A stretch of 31,588 nt of DNA from Alphaproteobacteria bacterium (lineage in GTDB: Bacteria; Pseudomonadota; Alphaproteobacteria; UBA2136; JAPPOO01). The stretch is taken from NCBI GenBank assembly GCA_049297755.1, contig JBAQUW010000197.1, positions 1 to 31,588 on the forward strand, written 5' to 3'. The position numbers and the translations under genes were made by a program. This document shows positions 25,857 through 31,588 of the stretch, in pieces. Each line of letters opens with the position of its first letter. The first letter of the stretch is position 1. The notes beneath the pieces were generated by a model. It did not search any database. It saw only the letters and a program-made list of their open reading frames with translations, and was not told the origin of the DNA.

Positions 25857-26015
25857 GTGGAGGGACGAGAGATTTGCACCGTGCCACTATGCACATTCGA
25901 ACCGAGGCCCCGGCGGGGCCGACAGGCCGAAGGCCAATCTCACCCTATAAGTAAAAGCAAGTAGGCCAACCGAGCCAAAAGCGACAGGCCAAAGGCCAAC
26001 CTCACCTACCGTCCC
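25857..26015. repeat. tRNA-Ser-derived structured repeat region
   Basis: Degenerate antisense copy of the tRNA 3' end (25858-25879), then two direct units AACCGAG..CGACAGGCC(G/A)AAGGCCAA(T/C)CTCACC at about 25900-25944 and 25968-26006. Confidence 0.7.
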
Positions 26016-26020
26016 ATCAC

Positions 26021-26686
26021 CTATCCCATCAACGCTGGCAACTGCCGCATCTCATCAAACAGTTTATCAGCGCCTGCATTGTGCAAAGTTTGGGCCCATG
26101 CAGGGCTGCCATGGCTGGCACCATAAAACCCAAATACTTTGCACCCTGCAGCTTTGCCAGCATGGGTCCCGTGCACACCATCTTCCACCACCAAGCAAGC
26201 CTTTGGATTCACGCCTAATTTTTCAGCGGCAAACAGAAAAATATCGGGCGCAGGTTTGCCATGGGCGACTTGTTCGGCGGAATACACATGGCCATCAAAA
26301 TAATCCCACAATTGGGTGAGTTTCAACGATTGTTCCAACCGTGCCAAACCACTGCCGCTGGCCACGGCCATGGGCAAACCTTTGGCTTTTGCCAATGCTA
26401 ACACTTCTGCTACACCTTCAATGGCAATCAATTCAGCTTCAAAAGCCTTAGTTACCGCGTGTGCTATCTCTTGCAAATTCAATTGCTGATCTAAATAAAC
26501 GCCTGATTCTTTCAAGATAATATCATGCACTTGTTGGCGACTTTGACCAGCAAAGCGGGTGATGTAGGTATGCGTATCTATCGCGTAACCTGCAGCGGTG
26601 AGGTGTTCAGCAGTGACACGACAAGCGATGATTTCACTATCAATCAGCACCCCATCGCAGTCCCACAATATGGCTTGAAATGTCAT
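26021..26686 (-). CDS. HAD family phosphatase (subfamily IA, beta-PGM/CbbY-like)
   Basis: Motif I DCDGVLIDS, AVASGS, GKPAPDIF and VVEDG. Confidence 0.92.
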   Translation of the reverse strand: MTFQAILWDCDGVLIDSEIIACRVTAEHLTAAGYAIDTHTYITRFAGQSRQQVHDIILKESGVYLDQQLNLQEIAHAVTKAFEAELIAIEGVAEVLALAKAKGLPMAVASGSGLARLEQSLKLTQLWDYFDGHVYSAEQVAHGKPAPDIFLFAAEKLGVNPKACLVVEDGVHGTHAGKAAGCKVFGFYGASHGSPAWAQTLHNAGADKLFDEMRQLPALMG

Positions 26687-26742
26687 GATGTTTCCTTTGT
26701 GTTAAGAAGCGTAAACATGGCATACAAACGGGAAAAGGTCAA

Positions 26743-27354
26743 TCAGCCCCACACCCGCTGCAAAGCAGTATACCCTGTATAAATAAGCCCGCCATAAAGC
26801 AAGGTGAGCACGGTCATAAAAAAGAGACCTAAGGCGTACGAAACCAAGGCCATCAAGCCATCGCGCACCAACAGCGCCAAGGCCAATAACAACATAGCAA
26901 TCGAAGGAAGCAAATTGGTCAGCGGCCCAGGCAAAATAACAAAAATACTTTGCAGAATAATCAGCGCCCCCATCACCCGCTCGGCCCATGGGTGAAACAC
27001 CCATTCCCAACGGGGGTGCAGGTATTTTTCTATTTTAACCCAGTGAGGTTCGGCTTTATCGAGAAACTGATGAAAATACTTTTGCTTAATGGGTTTTTTA
27101 AGCACCGCGCTGGGTAACCATGGGCGGCTAAACCCCGCACAGAGCATGGCCCCCAAAATCAGCGGCAAAAAGCCCAGTATAAGCCCCAAACCCGGAATGG
27201 GAATAAACGTGCACGCCGCCACCGTCAGCAACAACAGCAAGCCGAACGCGCGGTTGCCAAAGGCATCGCGCAGCTCCTCCAGCGTAATATAGTCCCCCAC
27301 CCTGTGGGTGAGCGATTGGCGAAGCAGGGCGAAGGGGTTAAGGGGCTTATGCAT
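26743..27354 (-). CDS. exoD: Exopolysaccharide biosynthesis protein ExoD family
   Basis: GNRAFGLLLLL, PIPG, RPWLP, YLHPRW, NLLP and RDG motifs; multiple TMs. Confidence 0.85.
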   Translation of the reverse strand: MHKPLNPFALLRQSLTHRVGDYITLEELRDAFGNRAFGLLLLLTVAACTFIPIPGLGLILGFLPLILGAMLCAGFSRPWLPSAVLKKPIKQKYFHQFLDKAEPHWVKIEKYLHPRWEWVFHPWAERVMGALIILQSIFVILPGPLTNLLPSIAMLLLALALLVRDGLMALVSYALGLFFMTVLTLLYGGLIYTGYTALQRVWG

Positions 27355-27360
27355 AAAAAT

Positions 27361-28101
27361 TTAAGCCCCCAAGTTATAACCAGCATCAACAGGAATTATT
27401 GCGCCGGTAATAACCTGAGCTTGAGAAGAAGCTAAAAAGAATACCGCATTTGCAATATCTTCAGCAGCAATTGTTTGGCCTTTTAAGGCATGTTGGGCTT
27501 TGGCCACTTCGTGCATTTTATCATATGCGCCTTCCCAAATGGGAGTATCAACCACACCAGGGTTGACGCTATTGACCCGAATACCATCAGCTCCTAAACC
27601 TTGTGCCAACCGCAATGTCAGCATATCTAGGCCTGCTTTACTCACTGAATAAATCGTAGAGCTACACCGCGTCAGCGCCCGCAACCCGCACACAGAGGAT
27701 ACATTCACCACCGATGGATTTTGTGCTTTTTTAAGAAACGGGTAACACTCTTGCACCAACGCATGAGCAGCCACAAGGTTGATATTCAACACATTTCCCC
27801 ATGCACTTACGTCTTCATCAAAGGTACCCGAGCTTTCATAAACACCTGCGTTGTTCACCAAGGTGGTGAGGCGGCCATAAGGGAGCAACGCTTGCACCAA
27901 TGTATCGCGGAACGCCTGCTGTGAAATATCGCCTTGCAACACGTCAACGGGCTGCCCTGCATACTTGCTTTGCAATACAGATACTTTTTGGGGATTGCGC
28001 CCACACGTCAGCACACGGTAACCCTCGGCCACAAAACGGGCCACCACAGCCTCGCCAATACCCGAAGTCCCCCCCGTAACCAGCGCTATAGGTTGCGTCA
28101 T
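27361..28101 (-). CDS. Short-chain dehydrogenase/reductase
   Basis: [17 protein letters not shown] and [12 protein letters not shown] overlaps the nuoF stop (ATGA). Confidence 0.92.
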   Translation of the reverse strand: MTQPIALVTGGTSGIGEAVVARFVAEGYRVLTCGRNPQKVSVLQSKYAGQPVDVLQGDISQQAFRDTLVQALLPYGRLTTLVNNAGVYESSGTFDEDVSAWGNVLNINLVAAHALVQECYPFLKKAQNPSVVNVSSVCGLRALTRCSSTIYSVSKAGLDMLTLRLAQGLGADGIRVNSVNPGVVDTPIWEGAYDKMHEVAKAQHALKGQTIAAEDIANAVFFLASSQAQVITGAIIPVDAGYNLGA

Positions 28102-29408
28102 GCTCTACTGCCTTTTTGCTTCAACCGCTCCACAAACAAATGCTTAAAGTGTTTGAGCGTACCTTGCACGGGCCACATGGCGCCATCGGCAAAGGCGCAG
28201 ATGGTGCGGCCTTCAATGCGTTTGGTAATGCTGAACAGTTGGTCGAGTTCGGCCTCTGTCCCCTCACCGTGGCTCAGGCGTTCCATCAGGCCATGAACCC
28301 AGCCTACACCCTCGCGGCAAGGCGTACATTGGCCGCAGCTTTCGTGTTTGTAGAATTTACTGATGCGGGTCATCACGCGCAGCAAATCGACATCCTTGTT
28401 CATCACAATCACGGCGGCGGTGCCAAGGCCTGTGCCTTCGGCGCGGAGGCCGTCAAAATCCATCAGCACGCGGCTGGCTTGCTCGGGGTTGAGCATGGGC
28501 GTGCTGCTGCCACCGGGGATAATGGCTTGCAGGTTATCCCAGCCGCCAATCACCCCGCCCGCATACACTTCAATCAATTCGCGCAGGGGTATGCCCATCG
28601 GTGCTTCAATGTTGATGGGGTTATTGACACTGCCCGAGATGCTGAAAATTTTGGTGCCGTGGTTGTTGGGGCGGCCGTATTTGGTCCACCAGTCATTGCC
28701 GCGTTTGAGAATACTCGGCACTTGCGCAATGGTTTCCACATTGTTGATGGTGGTAGGGCAGCCGTACAGGCCAAACCCAGCGGGGAATGGCGGCTTGAGG
28801 CGCGGCTGGCCTTTGTTGCCTTCCAAGCTTTCCAGCAAGGCCGTTTCCTCGCCGCAAATGTAAGCGCCCGCGCCAAGGTGCAGGTAAATATCCACATCCA
28901 CACCCGTGCCCAAAATGTTTTTACCGAGGAATCCTGCGGCATAGGCTTCATCCACCGCGTGTTGCAGGCGGCTGGTTTCGTCGTAATATTCGCCGCGCAC
29001 ATAAATGTAGCCCACTTTGGCTTGCAGGGTGTAGCAGCCCACAATCATGCCTTCCACCAACGTGTGGGGGTCGTGGCGCAGAATGTCGCGGTCTTTGCAC
29101 GTACCCGGTTCGCCTTCATCGGCATTACACACCAAGTAGCTGGGTTTGCCTGTTTTGGCGGGGTCGGGCATGAAGCTCCACTTGGTGCCGGTGGGGAAGC
29201 CCGCCCCGCCGCGCCCGCGTAGGGCCGATTGCTTCAATTGCTCAATAATTTCAGGTCGCGCCCGTTGCAAAATCTCCTTCAAGCCCTTATAGCCGCCGCG
29301 TTTTTGGTAGCCTTTGATGCTCCAATCGCCCGATCCATCGAGGTTTTGGAAGACTTTGTCTTCTCGCGCTAATACGGGAACGGTGGTGGGGTAGGTGTTT
29401 TTTGCCAT
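28098..29408 (-). CDS. nuoF: NADH-quinone oxidoreductase subunit F
   Basis: [56 protein letters not shown] and TICAF. Confidence 0.98.
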   Translation of the reverse strand: MAKNTYPTTVPVLAREDKVFQNLDGSGDWSIKGYQKRGGYKGLKEILQRARPEIIEQLKQSALRGRGGAGFPTGTKWSFMPDPAKTGKPSYLVCNADEGEPGTCKDRDILRHDPHTLVEGMIVGCYTLQAKVGYIYVRGEYYDETSRLQHAVDEAYAAGFLGKNILGTGVDVDIYLHLGAGAYICGEETALLESLEGNKGQPRLKPPFPAGFGLYGCPTTINNVETIAQVPSILKRGNDWWTKYGRPNNHGTKIFSISGSVNNPINIEAPMGIPLRELIEVYAGGVIGGWDNLQAIIPGGSSTPMLNPEQASRVLMDFDGLRAEGTGLGTAAVIVMNKDVDLLRVMTRISKFYKHESCGQCTPCREGVGWVHGLMERLSHGEGTEAELDQLFSITKRIEGRTICAFADGAMWPVQGTLKHFKHLFVERLKQKGSRA

Positions 29409-29410
29409 GT

Positions 29411-29848
29411 TTATTGCTCCATTGATGCAAGTAATGTAATGCCAACAACCACCATGGCCAAGGCCATAGCTTTATAGAGGCCAAAAGATTCACCCATAAA
29501 AAGAATACCGATAGCAGCAGGAACGACCACACTTAACCCCATAATAATGGGGCCACCAATGCTAGTTGGTACGCCTGCATTAAAGGCGGAAAGGGTAAAA
29601 TAATCCATGCCAAAGGCACCCAAACCAGCAAGTAATATGAGGACAATCCCCAACCAAGAATAGGTCAGCTGAGATACAGGAAAGCCTTTAAAACCAAAAA
29701 GCAAAAGCCCCATACATACAGCAAATCCAGATACTAAAATTGCCCCCAACAATTGCGAAATATGTGGACTGGCAAGTTTATGAAAAACAAAACCCATGCC
29801 CAGCGATGAGCCTGCTGCAATAGCGTAAAAAATGGGGTTGATGGTCAT
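29411..29848 (-). CDS. Half-size DMT/EamA-like membrane protein
   Basis: Five hydrophobic segments and a C-terminal GILFMGE..GITL EamA-like ending; AT-rich. Confidence 0.7.
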   Translation of the reverse strand: MTINPIFYAIAAGSSLGMGFVFHKLASPHISQLLGAILVSGFAVCMGLLLFGFKGFPVSQLTYSWLGIVLILLAGLGAFGMDYFTLSAFNAGVPTSIGGPIIMGLSVVVPAAIGILFMGESFGLYKAMALAMVVVGITLLASMEQ

Positions 29849-29850
29849 GC

Positions 29851-30297
29851 TTATTGCTTTCCACTAAAATATGTCATTAAACTTACCCCCGTTAGCGTAC
29901 AGAAAAATCCTAAAATTTGGCCTAAATGAAGCGGTTCTTTAAACAAGAATACGCCTAGTGTAAAAGTAATCATAACAGCAGTTCCGCTGCCCATAGCTTG
30001 AGCAAGGCTGATTGGGCCGCCAGACTTGTATATCATCAAAACCGTTATTTCTAACCCAGCTAAAATAAATCCCATCAGTAAAAGCGGCCATAATGTTGAA
30101 AAAGTTTTAGGAAACATCACTTCTGATTTATTTTCCATAAGACTATATAAAGTTCCACAAATAATACTTGCCACTAAAGCAGATATAGCCGCAATAAGGA
30201 GTGGCGGAAATTTGCCAGACACCAATTTATAACTCACATGGTAAGCAACCCCAAATGCAGAGCTTAAAAAAACCCAAAAAAGCCAATGGTTTATCAT
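29851..30297 (-). CDS. Half-size DMT/EamA-like membrane protein
   Basis: Five TMs and LGVFLFKEPLHLGQILGFFCTLTGV EamA-like ending; GGAGG SD; AT-rich. Confidence 0.75.
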   Translation of the reverse strand: MINHWLFWVFLSSAFGVAYHVSYKLVSGKFPPLLIAAISALVASIICGTLYSLMENKSEVMFPKTFSTLWPLLLMGFILAGLEITVLMIYKSGGPISLAQAMGSGTAVMITFTLGVFLFKEPLHLGQILGFFCTLTGVSLMTYFSGKQ

Positions 30298-30355
30298 ATT
30301 AAATCCTCCATAAATGCCAGCCTACGCTGGCATAACGCCGCAGCTTGCCCTGTCT

Positions 30356-30430
30356 CCGTCATCCCAGCGCAGGCTGGGATCCATGCAGATTCAACCGACT
30401 CCTGGATTCCCGCCTCCGCGGGAATGACGG
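30356..30430. repeat. REP-like palindromic doublet
   Basis: CCGTCATCCCAGCGCAGGCTGGGATCCA-19 nt-TGGATTCCCGCCTCCGCGGGAATGACGG: two internally palindromic units in inverted orientation, of the GTCATTCCCGC..GCGGGAATCCA type common in proteobacteria. Confidence 0.85.
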
Positions 30431-30463
30431 CGTTTATTTTAACGGCCTGAGTAAATGGCATGA

Positions 30464-30604
30464 TTATCTCCCCTGCCCCGTCCACGTTCCATCCCACACG
30501 TCCTTTTCAGGGCCTGTGCATTGGTTCAGGTGCGTGAAGGTTGCGCATGCAGAAAGCAGACACACCAGAGATAAACAGATAACGGGTAACAGGTGACGGG
30601 TCAT
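30464..30604 (-). CDS. 46-aa putative lipoprotein (absent from the ORF track; possibly a gene fragment)
   Basis: MTRHLLPVICLSLVCLLSAC-ATFTHLNQCTGPEKDVWDGTWTGQGR: basic N-terminus, hydrophobic core and lipobox LSAC; starts 2 nt after the nuoE stop. Confidence 0.55.
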   Translation of the reverse strand: MTRHLLPVICLSLVCLLSACATFTHLNQCTGPEKDVWDGTWTGQGR

Positions 30605-30606
30605 GG

Positions 30607-31227
30607 TTAAATGCGCTCCTCATAATCGCCGCCATGCAAGGCATCGGTATCGCTGGGCGGCGTATCGGCAAAGTCTTTGGCATCGCCACCTTTGGCCAAA
30701 TGTTTCAAAATTTTCTCGGTTTGTTTGGCATCCAGGTGCGTATAATAGTGCATGCCAATTTGCATCATAGGGGCGGCCACACAGGCGCCGAGGCATTCCA
30801 CTTCTGTCACCGTAAATGTGCCTTTTTTAGCGCCTTCTGCCACTTTTTTGGCGGCTTCCAGTACACCATCGCTGCCGCGTATCAGGCAGCTGCAATTGGT
30901 ACACACTTGCACATGGAATTGCCCCACGGAGTTCAGGTTAAACATGGTGTAAAACGTCGCCACTTCATATACGCGCATGTAGGGCAGTTGCAGTGTTTCA
31001 GCCACCAATTGCATGGCATCAACCGGCAGCCAGCCGTTGCATTTATCTTGCGCCAGCTTCAATAAGGGAATCATCGCACTCTGCTGTCTATCGGCCGGAT
31101 AGCGGCTGCATATGCGTTTGATTTTGGCGTTTTCCGCCTTATCCCACTTTAAATTCAACCCCAAAGCTTTGGGCGTTTGGCCCGTGTGGTGTTGGCTGTT
31201 CATGGGGGTAATGGCAACAGTTGTCAT
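30607..31227 (-). CDS. nuoE: NADH-quinone oxidoreductase subunit E
   Basis: RYPADRQQSAMIPLL, RVYEVATFYTMF, 2Fe-2S ligands CTNCSC and ECLGACVAAP; start uncertain (31227 or 31251). Confidence 0.95.
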   Translation of the reverse strand: MTTVAITPMNSQHHTGQTPKALGLNLKWDKAENAKIKRICSRYPADRQQSAMIPLLKLAQDKCNGWLPVDAMQLVAETLQLPYMRVYEVATFYTMFNLNSVGQFHVQVCTNCSCLIRGSDGVLEAAKKVAEGAKKGTFTVTEVECLGACVAAPMMQIGMHYYTHLDAKQTEKILKHLAKGGDAKDFADTPPSDTDALHGGDYEERI

Positions 31228-31244
31228 CGCATACTTCTTTATTT

Positions 31245-31588
31245 TTACCACGTTAATAAAATCACGCCTGCCATAGAAAGCACAAGCCCTAAAATATGTA
31301 AAGGCGTTGGCTTCTCTTTAAAATACACCAACCCCGTGGCGAATGTGAGCAAAGTTATCCCCACCGTGAGCGTTGTATTGGCAATGCTGAACAATGCCCC
31401 TGCCCGATACATCATAAAAATGGCCAATTCCATAAAGGCAATCACCAAACCAATCATAAATACCGTGCGCCAATTGCGCCGCTCGGGGTATTTTTGCCGC
31501 CCTGTTTTGACCTCCCACACCGTGGCGGGGATAGACAAGCTAAGAATCCCCGCACCCAACAACGTAATATACAACGCAGGGCTTACAT
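31245..31588 (-). CDS. Half-size DMT/EamA-like membrane protein (5' end outside the window)
   Basis: Frame is open to the window edge; ELAIFMMYRAG..GLVYFKEKPTPLHILGLVLSMAGV parallels the 29851-30297 protein. Confidence 0.75.
   Translation of the reverse strand, partial: VSPALYITLLGAGILSLSIPATVWEVKTGRQKYPERRNWRTVFMIGLVIAFMELAIFMMYRAGALFSIANTTLTVGITLLTFATGLVYFKEKPTPLHILGLVLSMAGVILLTW

Noticed and set aside
25233..25954. ORFs across the tRNA-Ser genes, including the repeated KNPQKKLSFFWGFFVK on both strands
   Set aside because: Artefacts of the tRNA genes and the perfect palindrome.
25900..26006. Possible CRISPR mini-array
   Set aside because: Only two imperfect units with variable internal length and no cas genes in the window; the units are better explained as tRNA-derived.
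28116..29222. 368-aa plus-strand ORF
   Set aside because: Antisense shadow of nuoF arising from codon bias; no motifs and no SD.

Overview
Chromosomal housekeeping region of a bacterium that looks alphaproteobacterial. This is inferred from the divergent ssb/uvrA layout, the mltB-rlpA-dac cluster, exoD and an initiator tRNA with an A:U pair in the anticodon stem. Core genes: 3' end of rplM, rpsI, mrcA (PBP1A), secE-nusG, ssb, uvrA, yajC-secD-secF, sodB, NAD kinase, a lone peptide-ABC permease, mltB-rlpA-dac, rlmJ, nuoE and nuoF. There are four tRNAs: fMet-CAT, Gly-TCC, Ser-CGA and Ser-TGA. I saw no integrase, transposase, prophage gene or CRISPR array. The unusual features are: (1) structured non-coding elements built from copies of the adjacent tRNA 3' end, behind tRNA-Gly and tRNA-Ser(TGA); (2) an RPE-1-like palindromic element in the tRNA-Gly leader and a REP-like element in the nuo operon; (3) a NusG with an ~85-aa Lys/Ala-rich N-terminal extension; (4) accessory genes fitted almost gap-free into junctions of housekeeping operons; (5) several solo orphan genes whose promoters share a GCATAC motif, including a HicB-like gene downstream of a PD-(D/E)XK nuclease; (6) many housekeeping genes that look leaderless. 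All protein family calls come from motif recognition by eye, not from database searches.
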